From IMG/VR virus record IMGVR_UViG_3300025138_000015: 64,000 bases of DNA; one strand, 5' to 3'. The first letter of the stretch is position 1; each line of letters starts with the position of its first letter. Under the pieces are notes generated by a model. It ran no database searches. It was not told where the DNA came from and worked only from the letters and a program-made list of their open reading frames with translations. The DNA comes from a virus. Shown one piece after another: positions 28,349 through 40,213 of the stretch. Position numbers and translations under genes: made by a program.

Positions 28349-31300
28349 TTATGTTGCCAATGCAATACATCTTAATGCCGCTATTAACGGTATTTCTGAT
28401 GTATTTGTTCCTTGTCCTACAACTTTAACAGCAAATGCTGAGAACTCTGCAAGACCCTCTGCAGTATAATCATACTCTTTGAAGTTTCTTGCATCTGATT
28501 CAAGTGTAGTATCTGGAGAACCATCAGTGTTGAAATATTCCCAACCTAAATCATCCCAAGGAGATGACTCATCGTTCTTCAGAATTTTATACATAAATTT
28601 GATATCTGTTGTCACTGGTTTAAATAAATCTGCTGTGACTTTTACTGCAGTAGCAGGTGTTTTTAAGTTCACCTTTCTCGTACAATATACCATTACATTG
28701 TTATCACCTTCAGGTTCAGTAGATGAAACATATACTGTTCCTTCTGGTAATGAATTTGTAGTTGTATCAAGTTTCTTAGATGTTGCACTATCAATGTTAT
28801 TCAATCTATTCATAATACCAATAGCACCTAATGTTCCGACATCGATTACAGGTGATAAGTTAGGATTGAATGATTGTAATTGCAACTGAGCAGTAAATGA
28901 TTTTGTTCCACCATTGTGAGCAGATTCATTTACTGTAGATGAAACAACATGTGCATTACCAAAATGACTATTATCATTTAATGTTATAAATTCTGTTATT
29001 GATTTTTTAACATGATTTGTTCCACCTGCATTATATCCTTCTGGAGATTGCATTGGAGACATGTAAACACTTGAATATATTCTAGTGTTTTTAAACTGCA
29101 CATTTGGTATCATAGTATGCAAAGTATCAAAGTAATAGTTTCTTGTTGATGTTGCAACTGAACCACCACTTACTGTTGATGCTGGTGCAGTATAACCTGA
29201 TACGAAGTGATAAGAAGATACATCTGGTGTGACGCAGAATGAATCAATTCCAATTTCTTTGATTACAGTAAATGTTCCATTGATTGCATCTACTGGAATA
29301 CCACCAATTGTTTCACCGATTGATGCAACTCTAACAGTTAAGTCATGTGTTGATTCAAAATCTGTAAATGTTATTATATCACCAACGGCATGTCCTTGTC
29401 CTGGGTCTGATATTAATACACTTGATACTGCACTACTAGAGTTTGTAGTAATACTTACTACCATTCCTGTTCCTGTACCGTCTGTAGAATCTTGTGTGAC
29501 ACTAGAAGTTGTAGTTGATGCAGTTGGTGTTCCTGTTAAAGTATAATTATCAACTGTCAAGGCAGAACCTTTCTTATCACCAGTTAATCCTGCAAGGACT
29601 ACACTTGATGCAGTTGTATACATTCCATGTGAATAGTTGTATACTTTAACAAAGTTTTTACCTGACATTGCTTCTACTGGATTATTCTGTAGTTTATGTG
29701 TTGGCAATGCAGTATTATTAAATCTTAAATCTGGTGTTTTTGATACATCAAAGGAACATATTTTCATGTTAAACTTCATGTCATCTGTTTGTTCTGCAGT
29801 CCATGTTGATGCGTTTTGTGACAAGAACAATGAACCAGCATATGGTTGTCCTGAAATTGTTTCACCAGTTATGATATCTTTTTCACCCATTCTTGAAATG
29901 AATACTTCGTAATCATTTGAATTAGATAGTACCACATAACACATTTCAGCACCCTCTTCTATATAAACTGGTGATTCGAATGTAAATGTTGTTGCAACTG
30001 AACCATCTGAAGAGGTAGTAACCTCTCCTGGGTTTTTAGTCACTACTGAGAATGGTAATACTACTTGTCCTGGATATCCGTTTACCATGTTTCTGATTTC
30101 TACAGATACAGGTAAGTTCTCTGACTTAGTTGCAAAGTATAAATCAATAGATGACAAGAACATTCCACCTTGTGGTTCACACATAAATGATTGTGCTAAT
30201 GGGTCTTTCCAACCACCTCTTCCACCACCATCTAGTCTTGTGATGAATCTTCTATCAGTAATTAAATCTGGGAATCTCTCTAACTGAGGAGGTCGTATCG
30301 GTGCTTGAATAGGAAGGTCAGGTTCTTCTGCAGGTGGAACAAACGGAGAACTATCTGGTGGTGTTGTAGTACCTGGTGGTGTTGTATCTACTGGTATTTC
30401 TGGTGCGTTTGAATCCCATTCAGTAGCATTTATATTCTCACCTCTTCTTGTAAACTGTCTCTCACCTCTTGTTCTTTCTGTAATAACTCGACCATTTCTT
30501 GTAGAAACGATTTCTGTTTGTGAAGATTGTAATAATCCTTGTGCTTGATATATAACACTAGCAGAAGATGCTGGGTTAGACAAGTTGAATGATGATGAAG
30601 TAATCATCATCTCTCTCATTCCTGAAGGGAATCTTTGTGTACTATTATTAGGTAATTCAAAGTATGCACGACATCTTCCGTTTCCGTCTGTTTTAAGACT
30701 TGAAGTGACTGTTGTACCACCATCTTGTGAATATGATGCACTGTAAGGCCTTACATATTTGTTTACATCTAAATTATCAAAGAAGATATAATGATTTGAA
30801 CCTGGTTTTAAGTTTGTTGCATCTATCTCAATTGTTCTGGCACGCATGAAAGGTATCATTGATACTGATACGACTCTATCGTTTCTTGTTTCTACGAAGT
30901 CTTCAACAACACTTGTTGTGACACCTGTTCTTGTTTGTGTTTCAGGTGTTTCTGTAATTTCTCTTGTGACTTGTAAACCTGCAACCCATTCACCACCTTG
31001 TGCTGGGTCTCCTGACCATGAACCATTTGAAGTTGCTTGAACTTCTGAACTTACTTGTGATGGTTCACCTGCCCATGTTGTTTGCCAATTGTTCCAAACT
31101 GTACCTAATGCATTACCATTTCCGGCAATAACTGCATCGAAGTTTCCTTCTCTATTAACTCTAACTTCTGGTAGTTGTTCTGTATCTTGCCAGATATCAG
31201 TTCCAGGAGTTAGTTTAAGTTGTCCGTCAAACGCAAACACATGATATGGGTTAACATTTAATTGTCTTGATGCCTTATCTTGGTGTACATATGAAAATTC

Positions 31301-34300
31301 TGAAAAAGGTAATGTAATTAAATCACCTGTTTTAGTAAAGTTAGATGATGCATTTGTATCTAATTCAATGTCAAAGAATTGTGAATATGATTTAGGTCTC
31401 ATAGCACCTAATTTTGCATCAATAGATACATTATAGTCTGGATGATTTACATCACCAACTCTATGACCTCTGAAGTTGTCTACTAAGAAACCTGATTTAA
31501 ATCTATCAAATCCGTCTGCATCTAAAATTTGTTTTGTTTGTGTGTCTTTCTCTAATAGAGATAATGCAGTGATTCTTTCTAAGTTTGTGACCCTATTATT
31601 AATCTTGCCGATATCTTTCATTGTAAATCGTCTATGGTCATGTGACCTTACTCTGATATCTTTTAGACTATTTGTATAAGGTGGTAATCTTAATTCAAAC
31701 ATTTCTATTGCATCATCAATACCTTTCGGTTTAGTTGGTGTTAATGAAGGAATACCTGTTGCAACCATCATCTGACCTGTTTTATGCATGAATACTTTAT
31801 CAATTCTTCCTACATAGAAACTAATTGCACCTGTGACACTTGAACCATGTACAGGTGAATCTACTGCACTTGCACTAGATAATGTTATGTTTGTTCTACT
31901 TGATGCAAAAGAACGACCTAAATCATAAGAGAAAGGAGAGTATCTAGCACCATTTGTTGTGTCTGATAAGTCTAGTGGACTTGCAACATTGTGTTGTAAA
32001 TCTGTTTTGAATGTTGATTTAGCAAAAATTTGACCAACACTAGGTCTAAAGTCAACACAATCTGAAAGTTCAAATGTTCCGTCTGGTTCTAAACCACCCA
32101 AGTCAACTCTACTTGGAGAGTAAACAGGTATATCTTTGTAATCGATATTGCCATATGAGTTTACATCATAGAAATCACCAGCATTCGCTGCTGAGAAATA
32201 ATCAAAGACTACTAAGATGCTTCCTTGAGGAATAGGTTCACCACTTTTGAGTGTTAGTTTTGCTAAGTCATAGAAACCGTCTCTCTGACCATCGTCAAAG
32301 AAGTATCTACTTGTAATTTCTGGAGAACCAGTAGACACATTTGTTAATGTTGCAGTTGCACTTGATGTTTTACCGGCAATTACTTCAGTATCTACAAATC
32401 TTTGTTCTGTTAAGTAATAGAAATAACTTGTAGTTCCAGTACCATTTAATGTGACTAATACTGCTCTTGCATCTGATGTCTGGCCAACAATTACTTCATG
32501 TTCTGAAAAACTTCCTGATGTGACTGTTAATGTTGCATTAGGTGTTATAGGAGTATTATCAACTCCTTCAAATATACCTCTTATTCTAAATACATCTGAA
32601 ACACCAAGAGATATTTCTTTGTTGTCGTAATTAGTTCCATAGAAACCATTTCCAGAAGTATCATTACCACTAATTTTTAAACATCTATTTTTATGTAATG
32701 TTTTATCTCTGTTTACAGGACTATTAATATCAACTGTATATGTGACTTTTACTACTGCATCGTTATCATCTGAATGAAAACCACCGATTGTTAATGTGCC
32801 TGTTCCTGTAGTTTTTGTGTAATCTTCAACATTTAATAAGTCTCCAACTGCCTTTGCATTACCACCACTATTATTTCCTCTTTCAATAACTGCAATTGTT
32901 AAATCATCTGTATTAGGGTCAGCAGAATCAAAAGTTTCTCCTGAAGAAACACTAAGTTGAAAAGCACCTGCACTGACTGTGACTGTTTTTTGTCTTCTTA
33001 CTTTTACTTGGTCAGGTGTATGTGATGCAACCCAATCTCTAGGCCAACTGAATATATTTGCAGTTTGTTCTTGGTCAATAATTTTAACTCTTCGTCTTGT
33101 GACATTTCCTTGGAAAGAACCTGTAGATGGTGCTCCCACTAAAACAGCAGCCGTATTATCGGTGACTGATGCAACGACTAATTCTTCACCTGCTCCAGCA
33201 GGATTGTAAACAACATCTCCTTCTTTTAGTTCTCTTGTAAATGTTGTACCAAAACCTGTCAATGCAGTTGATGAATTTGTTAACTGTACTGTTCCTGTTA
33301 ATACAAAAGCTGAATTTGTTATTACATTAGCCGTAAAGTTTTCTCTACTTGTAGCCTGTGTTGTTTGAAAGATAGAACGAACTCTATCTATATTGTATGT
33401 TCTTACTGCGGTGATTGCTCCATTAGTTTTAGTTGAATCTGAAACACCTCTTGACCTAATACCCATTCCTACTTGGAAAGTTCCAACAACATCATGCAAC
33501 ATATAAAGATTATTTGTATTATCACAAATTGCTACTATACCAGTTGCTCCTGTTGGTACTCCATTATTAACCTGTTCAACTCTATCTCCTACTGAGACTT
33601 CGTTAGATGCAGATACACTATTGAAAGTCACTTGTGTGAACATCTTAATATCAAACATAGATAAATCGAATTGTGCATCATCACCATAGACATTATTTGA
33701 GTCTACACCTGAATTGTGTACAATATCTCTTACTCTTGCATACCCAATTGGGTTTCCACTATTCTTTGCCCCTTGACTTGCAACGACACTAGAAAATAAT
33801 TCACATGTTTGAAATGGGTCTTGAACATCTGTTCCAGATTCATTACCAAATTCAGGCAATGAATGTGCTTTTGTGACTCTTAATTTGTTTCCTAATCTTA
33901 TATTAGTATTTGTTGAAGGAAGTGTTGCTGTTGACCTTGCTTTTTCAAATGGTATTATAGAAGTACCGATTTTTTCTACTTCATAACCTTTAACATATGC
34001 TTTACCTGGAGATACTTGCATAACAAATTTGTCTTCTTTACCACCATTTATTGCTGTATAGAAACCTCTGTTAGTAGTATCGTCTAAATGTTCTCTCATT
34101 GATTGAGTGAATTGTTTTACAACAAAATCACCATTTGCATCAAATGTTCTTCGTGCAAGTGTATTTTCTATTTCGTTATACATAGGTCTATTGACATGTA
34201 ATTCAATAATACCTTGATTAACTCTTGTTAATTCGATGAAGTTTGTATCATCTGAAGTAGTTAATTTCTGTTTTGATAAAGTTAGTGCAATTTTAAATCT

Positions 34301-35068
34301 ATCTGCACCTGCAGCGTTTTCGTTTGATGTTCCTGTTGCATTATCTAATAGTGTTGAGTCTTCTGCAGAACCTACAAAGGTTTCTGTTATAGAAAGACCA
34401 ACTTTATAACTTGGTTTACCTGAATACTTTTCAAGTATTAATTCCTGTTTAGCAACTTTAAGAAAGAATCCTCTACTAAAGATGACACCTTCTGAAATGT
34501 TTGCTATCGAAGCACGACCATTTGGTTTTTCGTCTGATACTTCTACTTGAAAGTCGTTGTTGTTTGCACTCACATCTGTTGCATTACCTGATGAGTCTAA
34601 AGTCACAAGTTGCAGTTCTTCATTTGCTGTAAAGGCAAAATCATTTGTTGCATTTGTTCCTTGACTTAGGTAATATACAAATAGAGTCGCTTTATCATCT
34701 GTTGTTTCAGCAGATGAAGTGATAATCTTTGCAACTACACCTGATGTTTTACCTTGAATATGTAAACCATGTGTTGCAGTTCTGAATGTTTCTATGTTTG
34801 CATCACCACTTGCATTTGGATTGGCAGACTTGACCTTGACAAAGTATAATCCCATGTCAACATCACATTGACCACCCGATACTATAGAACCTTCTTTAAA
34901 GAAATGATTACCAAATCTTTCTACTTGATTTTGTAAAATAGATTGAGATTGGGTTAATTCTCTTGCTTGAAGTGGTCTACCTGCACGATAAAGAACCTTT
35001 TGAAAGTTCTTATCTTCGGAGTAGTCATCATAATAGGGTGATATATTTAAATCAGTTTTCTCTGCCAT
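28349..35068 (-). CDS. Large virion structural protein (2239 aa, DUF4815/VrlC-like)
   Basis: LNISPYYDDY, PLQARELTQSQSILQNQ, GADRFKI, LARRTFD, GKAYVKGYE, RFKSGFLVDNF, DPLAQSF. Confidence 0.8.
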   Translation of the reverse strand: MAEKTDLNISPYYDDYSEDKNFQKVLYRAGRPLQARELTQSQSILQNQVERFGNHFFKEGSIVSGGQCDVDMGLYFVKVKSANPNASGDANIETFRTATHGLHIQGKTSGVVAKIITSSAETTDDKATLFVYYLSQGTNATNDFAFTANEELQLVTLDSSGNATDVSANNNDFQVEVSDEKPNGRASIANISEGVIFSRGFFLKVAKQELILEKYSGKPSYKVGLSITETFVGSAEDSTLLDNATGTSNENAAGADRFKIALTLSKQKLTTSDDTNFIELTRVNQGIIELHVNRPMYNEIENTLARRTFDANGDFVVKQFTQSMREHLDDTTNRGFYTAINGGKEDKFVMQVSPGKAYVKGYEVEKIGTSIIPFEKARSTATLPSTNTNIRLGNKLRVTKAHSLPEFGNESGTDVQDPFQTCELFSSVVASQGAKNSGNPIGYARVRDIVHNSGVDSNNVYGDDAQFDLSMFDIKMFTQVTFNSVSASNEVSVGDRVEQVNNGVPTGATGIVAICDNTNNLYMLHDVVGTFQVGMGIRSRGVSDSTKTNGAITAVRTYNIDRVRSIFQTTQATSRENFTANVITNSAFVLTGTVQLTNSSTALTGFGTTFTRELKEGDVVYNPAGAGEELVVASVTDNTAAVLVGAPSTGSFQGNVTRRRVKIIDQEQTANIFSWPRDWVASHTPDQVKVRRQKTVTVSAGAFQLSVSSGETFDSADPNTDDLTIAVIERGNNSGGNAKAVGDLLNVEDYTKTTGTGTLTIGGFHSDDNDAVVKVTYTVDINSPVNRDKTLHKNRCLKISGNDTSGNGFYGTNYDNKEISLGVSDVFRIRGIFEGVDNTPITPNATLTVTSGSFSEHEVIVGQTSDARAVLVTLNGTGTTSYFYYLTEQRFVDTEVIAGKTSSATATLTNVSTGSPEITSRYFFDDGQRDGFYDLAKLTLKSGEPIPQGSILVVFDYFSAANAGDFYDVNSYGNIDYKDIPVYSPSRVDLGGLEPDGTFELSDCVDFRPSVGQIFAKSTFKTDLQHNVASPLDLSDTTNGARYSPFSYDLGRSFASSRTNITLSSASAVDSPVHGSSVTGAISFYVGRIDKVFMHKTGQMMVATGIPSLTPTKPKGIDDAIEMFELRLPPYTNSLKDIRVRSHDHRRFTMKDIGKINNRVTNLERITALSLLEKDTQTKQILDADGFDRFKSGFLVDNFRGHRVGDVNHPDYNVSIDAKLGAMRPKSYSQFFDIELDTNASSNFTKTGDLITLPFSEFSYVHQDKASRQLNVNPYHVFAFDGQLKLTPGTDIWQDTEQLPEVRVNREGNFDAVIAGNGNALGTVWNNWQTTWAGEPSQVSSEVQATSNGSWSGDPAQGGEWVAGLQVTREITETPETQTRTGVTTSVVEDFVETRNDRVVSVSMIPFMRARTIEIDATNLKPGSNHYIFFDNLDVNKYVRPYSASYSQDGGTTVTSSLKTDGNGRCRAYFELPNNSTQRFPSGMREMMITSSSFNLSNPASSASVIYQAQGLLQSSQTEIVSTRNGRVITERTRGERQFTRRGENINATEWDSNAPEIPVDTTPPGTTTPPDSSPFVPPAEEPDLPIQAPIRPPQLERFPDLITDRRFITRLDGGGRGGWKDPLAQSFMCEPQGGMFLSSIDLYFATKSENLPVSVEIRNMVNGYPGQVVLPFSVVTKNPGEVTTSSDGSVATTFTFESPVYIEEGAEMCYVVLSNSNDYEVFISRMGEKDIITGETISGQPYAGSLFLSQNASTWTAEQTDDMKFNMKICSFDVSKTPDLRFNNTALPTHKLQNNPVEAMSGKNFVKVYNYSHGMYTTASSVVLAGLTGDKKGSALTVDNYTLTGTPTASTTTSSVTQDSTDGTGTGMVVSITTNSSSAVSSVLISDPGQGHAVGDIITFTDFESTHDLTVRVASIGETIGGIPVDAINGTFTVIKEIGIDSFCVTPDVSSYHFVSGYTAPASTVSGGSVATSTRNYYFDTLHTMIPNVQFKNTRIYSSVYMSPMQSPEGYNAGGTNHVKKSITEFITLNDNSHFGNAHVVSSTVNESAHNGGTKSFTAQLQLQSFNPNLSPVIDVGTLGAIGIMNRLNNIDSATSKKLDTTTNSLPEGTVYVSSTEPEGDNNVMVYCTRKVNLKTPATAVKVTADLFKPVTTDIKFMYKILKNDESSPWDDLGWEYFNTDGSPDTTLESDARNFKEYDYTAEGLAEFSAFAVKVVGQGTNTSEIPLIAALRCIALAT

Positions 35069-35088
35069 TGTTTGTCCTAAATTTTAAA

Positions 35089-35110
35089 ATGGGAGTTCTT
35101 TAACTCCCAT
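35089..35110 (-). terminator. Probable intrinsic terminator/hairpin after gp8
   Basis: ATGGGAGTT-AAAG-AACTCCCAT then short T run. Confidence 0.6.
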
Positions 35111-35113
35111 AAA

Positions 35114-36580
35114 TTACATTTCGATAATCAGTTTGATATCTTCAATTTGGTCAGCCGCTCTAGTCACTGCACCTCTATTCTCAATATACATCATTCTACC
35201 AGTGTTTTTTGCAACTTCTGGATTCGCAGGAGCACCGTTGATAGTTCCTATTGAACCAGAACCTATCTTATAGATTGTTTCTGCATTTGCAAAGTTTACA
35301 TAACCACCCTCACTGTTTGCGTGGTGTAGATATGAAACAGAAGTTCCGGTAATTGAAACAACTCTCGCTGCCCCAACTCCAGCACCATCTGCTGATGCAT
35401 TAAAGATTATGTCATCTACTGATAATGAACCGATTGATGAAAGAGTCATAGTGTTATATGCTTTCATACTTGTTGCAGTAGACCTATTTGTTGTTCCAAA
35501 TGCAAATGGGTCTTGACATAGACCAATTCTTCTGAAATCGTTATCTGTTGGGAAGTCACCGCCACCCGCTGCAAATTCTAATCTTGAATTTACAATGATG
35601 AAGTTTCCGCCTAATTCTTCTACAGGGTCAGCACCATGTCCGAAAGGAGGTGAGATTACTGGAGTTGCAACTCCGCCTGAACCACTACCGATACTTGCTA
35701 TATTTGCAACATCAATTGATGCTCTCTTATATCCTGTTCCTCTTGTAGTCACATTGATTTCTCTTAAACCACCTGAAACTACTATTACTTGACATACTCC
35801 ACTTGAACCATCACCATCGATAGCAACATTACTATATGTTCCGTTAGTGTAACCAGAACCTGGATTGTCTACTTTAATATGCAAGACTGAACCATCAACA
35901 GCATTTGTCTCAACTTGATATTGTGAAGAACTATCGTTGTCTGCTGAGGAGTTCAGACCACCGTTTGTGTGAGTTCCAAAAATTTCTGTTTGAGCACCTA
36001 GTGTTTTAACTGGTATAAAGTCGTTAGTCACAAACTTAATTGTGTCTGATGCAGAAATAGTGTACATGTATTTCCAAAGATAAGGCATTCCGTCTGTTCC
36101 ACCTTCATCTGAAGCTGTTCCTTCAAATAGAACTGATACATCTGTTCCTGTAGGTTTGTTAATTGAACCCACAACAGTACCATTTTCATCTCTTCCTGTT
36201 CTAATACATTTATATACATGATACTCGTCTGTTAAGACATAGAATCTTGCTTCGTATAGATTGTTCTTAGATGTTGCAGGTGATAATTTTGTTGCACTGT
36301 AATCATGTGAATACTCATCATAAGTTGTTCCTGATGTCCAGTTATATCTTGTGATACCATGAGATACATCTGCTGGGTCAACTTTTTTAAGTGCCAACAT
36401 ATCTGCCCATGCATCTATTTCTTCACCAACTCCATTTGAAGGTGCTGGTGGGTTATTTTCGTCTGCCCAATCGTATGAACGACCTATGAAAACATATGTT
36501 GATGAATCTGCTTCACCAAAGTCTTCCTTAAACTGTCTCGCGTTATGAACACGAAACTTTTCTGTAATAATTGCTGCCAT
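35114..36580 (-). CDS. gp8: Baseplate wedge subunit gp8
   Basis: MAAIITEKFR, YVFIGRS, FYVLTDEYHVYKC, WKYMYTI, NDFRRIGL, IEDIKLIIE. Confidence 0.88.
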   Translation of the reverse strand: MAAIITEKFRVHNARQFKEDFGEADSSTYVFIGRSYDWADENNPPAPSNGVGEEIDAWADMLALKKVDPADVSHGITRYNWTSGTTYDEYSHDYSATKLSPATSKNNLYEARFYVLTDEYHVYKCIRTGRDENGTVVGSINKPTGTDVSVLFEGTASDEGGTDGMPYLWKYMYTISASDTIKFVTNDFIPVKTLGAQTEIFGTHTNGGLNSSADNDSSSQYQVETNAVDGSVLHIKVDNPGSGYTNGTYSNVAIDGDGSSGVCQVIVVSGGLREINVTTRGTGYKRASIDVANIASIGSGSGGVATPVISPPFGHGADPVEELGGNFIIVNSRLEFAAGGGDFPTDNDFRRIGLCQDPFAFGTTNRSTATSMKAYNTMTLSSIGSLSVDDIIFNASADGAGVGAARVVSITGTSVSYLHHANSEGGYVNFANAETIYKIGSGSIGTINGAPANPEVAKNTGRMMYIENRGAVTRAADQIEDIKLIIEM

Positions 36581-36623
36581 TTTTTTAATCTCCTCAGATT
36601 ATTTAACTTTTCTGTAATACTAT

Positions 36624-39600
36624 TTATGCAGTTGCCGACTTGACATATGCATTAAATGTTAAATTTGTTCGTAAATTTTTATGATTGTCATATTCAGATA
36701 CATAGAACTTGGGGTAATATGTTTCTAAATCTGATATTCTTAAACCCTCTCTAATGGATTCTTCCATTAATACACTACCCGAATTATCTTCCATTAAGAT
36801 GTCGTCATTATCCGTTTCATCTTTCATATGATAAGTTATTCGATAAGTGTTTTGTTCACTAATTGTATTTATAGTGTTAAATCGAGACCCTAAAGGAACG
36901 AAACTGACTATGCCATTTTCTGAGTTCTCTTCATCAATTAGTGTGTCTCCATCTTCCATACAGATTCTTTCATTCTCTTCTGTTCGAAGGTATTTTCCTG
37001 CCAACTCTATAGACCTTTCAGTCGTAAAGTAATGAACAGGTTCATCTGTAGTTGCACTTTCTAGTCTGAATATACTTCCGTCTTCCATTGTGAAGACATC
37101 ACCAAAGTCACCTTTGACTCGTGCATCTTTCTCGGGTTCCATTCTTACTACACAAACTTCTTCTTCTAATTCAATAAGTCCACCATCTTCAAGTATTAGT
37201 TGTTCATCGACTAGAGAACCAATTTGTATAATTTTACCTTTGTCTGCAGGTCTTCTTTCTGGACTTCTAACTAAATAATCGTGGTCTGAAGAATCTAATG
37301 ATAGAGATGTTGGTATACCGTCATGTGAACCTTTTGCATGATTTGTTATTCTCATAGCAAACGAATCAATAAAGGTTATGTTTATATGTCTTGACCTATG
37401 TGAACTGTCATAGAACTCTGAATGAGCACCTAAATCTTGTCCTGCTGGGTTTGTTGTGTCAACTGTATTTAATATACCATAAGTACCAATATTGATTCCT
37501 GGAATACCTGCTTCCATTAACTGCATCATAACACCTGAAGCAGTGACTTCACTGTCTGTAGTCCAAAGATTTACAACTCTTGTGGAATTTGCAAATGCAT
37601 TTGGAACTGCAATACCAACATCTAAGTTCATTATAAGTGTTGGTCTAAATCTAAACTGTTCGTCTGCAACTGTATTAATAGATGAGTTAATTGCAACTTC
37701 ACCAAAGAATATGTGTCCTGCTGGGTGAATTAAGTCCTTTAATACACTTCTCCAACTATTAATTGATTCTCCGACTTTAACTACATATGAATGTGTTTGA
37801 TAGTATAGACCATCTTGTATGTTTGATGCATCTGCATCTAATGTTCCTTTATCACCCAATAATGCTTCATTTACTGTTCCTTCTCCAGCAAATTTACCTC
37901 TTCCTGAAATTGGGTCTGATTTAAATACTGTAAACTTATCAACTGAATTGTATTTAACTACTTCACCTTCTAAGAATTCACCTGATAAATCAGTATATGT
38001 TAAAATTTGTCTACCTGTATTATAACTCACAACTTTTGCAGTTGTTCCTGAAGTTGCACCTGTTATAACTAAATCACGATTAAGTGTTGCAGTTGGGGTA
38101 GAGACCAACATAGGATAATGTGAATCTTTTGAAACAACACCATCTGAATCAAAGTTATAACCTTGACCTATGATATTAATTGATTCTGCACCACCAATTT
38201 CATCTGAATATGCAAGGAGTTTTGCACCTGTTCCTGATGAAACTACTTGTTTTCTGTTTACTCTTTGAACACCTGAGAGTGAACCTGTTATCTGTTCATT
38301 GTCCTGAAAAACACCTATATCTGTATGAGTTCTCTTTACAATAATTCTTTTATTTGGTATATCTAGTCTAACAACAGATGCAGTTGCATTTGATACTGAA
38401 CCTGTTATCACTTCATCAACTAAGAAGTCACTTACAGAATCAAAATACAAATAACCACCTGGAAATATTGTTGGTGCGGAAGTATATCCTACACCACCAT
38501 TTTTAATCTCAACAGCTCTGATTCGGCCGTCATCTGAAATAATTGACCCACCTGATTCATAAGCATTGTATGTTATTGGTTTTCCTTGTTCGGATAATAA
38601 TCTATTACTTTCAGTATAGATTTCTACCTTTTCACCACCAGATAGGGGTGTTCCAAATATGACTCTATCATTTTTTGCGATATAAACAGAACCATCACCT
38701 GGGTCTGTTTGTAATAAACCATCTTTATATACTTTTACTGTATGGTCATTGAAGAATACATATCTTCCATTTGTGTCTTTTATATTTGGTCCGCCAAATG
38801 TTGTTTGACCACCTATTGCCGTAAACTCAAATTGACCCCAAAGTGTGGCATTCTCTAATACAATTTCATCACCAGTTGCACCGATAACTCCTTCTGCACC
38901 ATTACCACCTGAATTGGTTTCATCAAATATGACTAAGTCTCCTGCCTCATAATTAATACCACCATTCTCAATAATAACTTCTTCAACTCCACCGTCTGAT
39001 AAACCATCAACTCTTGCAGAAGAGTCTACAACTCCTGCATCAGATTTACCTGCACCAAAAATTATGGTATCATTCATTGAATATAGAGAACCTATTGTAG
39101 ATTTCTCCATAAGAATACCAGAACCATCTTCTGCTAAGATAACGCCGTTATCATTATGTTCTATGTAAGTGGATGAACCACCATCTGTATTAATTGCAGT
39201 ATTAACGCCTGATATAGTTCCTGTATATGATGTAATACCATCTCTATCCAAAACTTGAACACTGGTGTTTTCTATAAATGTGCCGTAATGATTTCTGGAT
39301 ATACTACAAGAATAGACATCTGTAGCAAGTGTATTGATTCTTTCTATATTTGCTTCTGCAAGTATAGTTTTTCCGTCTACATCAAAATAAGTTATCTTAT
39401 CTGTTTCTGCAGGCACCTTTTCAGTAGGCATTTTAAGAACCAATCTTCTTTCTTCACTGTAATCAGATTCAGATATGTAAATTGTCTCTTTATCAGGATA
39501 TCTAACTTCAGCATCCTGAGCATATAAGAGTCTCATTAAGAATTTAATTGACTCTTCACTTCCTTTCTTCTGATACAAATCAGAAATGTTTTTGATTGTT

Positions 39601-40202
39601 AACCTTTTATTCTTTAACTTCGATAAGTCAATAGAAGGTAAGAAGTCTCTCTGGAAGTATTGTAGAAATTCTTCTGTTGTATGGTCGATATCAGAGTAAT
39701 CTAATAATCGATTGTTTGCAAGTATAGAGTTTTCTCTATATTTTTCAACAATTGCAGTTTGCAAACTATTTCTACCCTCAATAGTTTCATCTTTTGAGAA
39801 ACCATTTCCTGATATTGTAGAAATGTAAAGTTTGTTGCCATTGATGACATCTATTCTTGCAATAGAACCGTTATCTTTTCCGTAAATGTATTCACCAACT
39901 TCTAAAGGGTCAGCATTTGCATTCGGATTAGTTGCATTCGATTCATTAATAATTTTTGATGAGTCTTCATCGGGAGACGGTGAGACGGTCGCAACCTCTA
40001 CAAGTAGAGAGCCTTGACCGTCTTCTAAAGCAATACCGTCTAAATCGCTTTGTGATTTAAGAGTTAAACACTCTTTCTCTAAGAATTCAAAATATGCAGA
40101 TAAAAATGCCGTAAAGGCAGGTGCATCTTCTCTTACATGTTCTGGTAAGATTGTATGCAGTCTTTGTGTTATTTTATCTGATGATAATGATTCGTGAGAC
40201 AT
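36624..40202 (-). CDS. gp7: Baseplate wedge initiator gp7-like
   Basis: FLSAYFEFLE, LYQKKGSEESIKFLMRLLY, QDGLYYQTHSYVVK, HPAGHIFFGE; acidic LEDG repeats. Confidence 0.75.
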   Translation of the reverse strand: MSHESLSSDKITQRLHTILPEHVREDAPAFTAFLSAYFEFLEKECLTLKSQSDLDGIALEDGQGSLLVEVATVSPSPDEDSSKIINESNATNPNANADPLEVGEYIYGKDNGSIARIDVINGNKLYISTISGNGFSKDETIEGRNSLQTAIVEKYRENSILANNRLLDYSDIDHTTEEFLQYFQRDFLPSIDLSKLKNKRLTIKNISDLYQKKGSEESIKFLMRLLYAQDAEVRYPDKETIYISESDYSEERRLVLKMPTEKVPAETDKITYFDVDGKTILAEANIERINTLATDVYSCSISRNHYGTFIENTSVQVLDRDGITSYTGTISGVNTAINTDGGSSTYIEHNDNGVILAEDGSGILMEKSTIGSLYSMNDTIIFGAGKSDAGVVDSSARVDGLSDGGVEEVIIENGGINYEAGDLVIFDETNSGGNGAEGVIGATGDEIVLENATLWGQFEFTAIGGQTTFGGPNIKDTNGRYVFFNDHTVKVYKDGLLQTDPGDGSVYIAKNDRVIFGTPLSGGEKVEIYTESNRLLSEQGKPITYNAYESGGSIISDDGRIRAVEIKNGGVGYTSAPTIFPGGYLYFDSVSDFLVDEVITGSVSNATASVVRLDIPNKRIIVKRTHTDIGVFQDNEQITGSLSGVQRVNRKQVVSSGTGAKLLAYSDEIGGAESINIIGQGYNFDSDGVVSKDSHYPMLVSTPTATLNRDLVITGATSGTTAKVVSYNTGRQILTYTDLSGEFLEGEVVKYNSVDKFTVFKSDPISGRGKFAGEGTVNEALLGDKGTLDADASNIQDGLYYQTHSYVVKVGESINSWRSVLKDLIHPAGHIFFGEVAINSSINTVADEQFRFRPTLIMNLDVGIAVPNAFANSTRVVNLWTTDSEVTASGVMMQLMEAGIPGINIGTYGILNTVDTTNPAGQDLGAHSEFYDSSHRSRHINITFIDSFAMRITNHAKGSHDGIPTSLSLDSSDHDYLVRSPERRPADKGKIIQIGSLVDEQLILEDGGLIELEEEVCVVRMEPEKDARVKGDFGDVFTMEDGSIFRLESATTDEPVHYFTTERSIELAGKYLRTEENERICMEDGDTLIDEENSENGIVSFVPLGSRFNTINTISEQNTYRITYHMKDETDNDDILMEDNSGSVLMEESIREGLRISDLETYYPKFYVSEYDNHKNLRTNLTFNAYVKSATA

Positions 40203-40213
40203 TTAGTTTACTC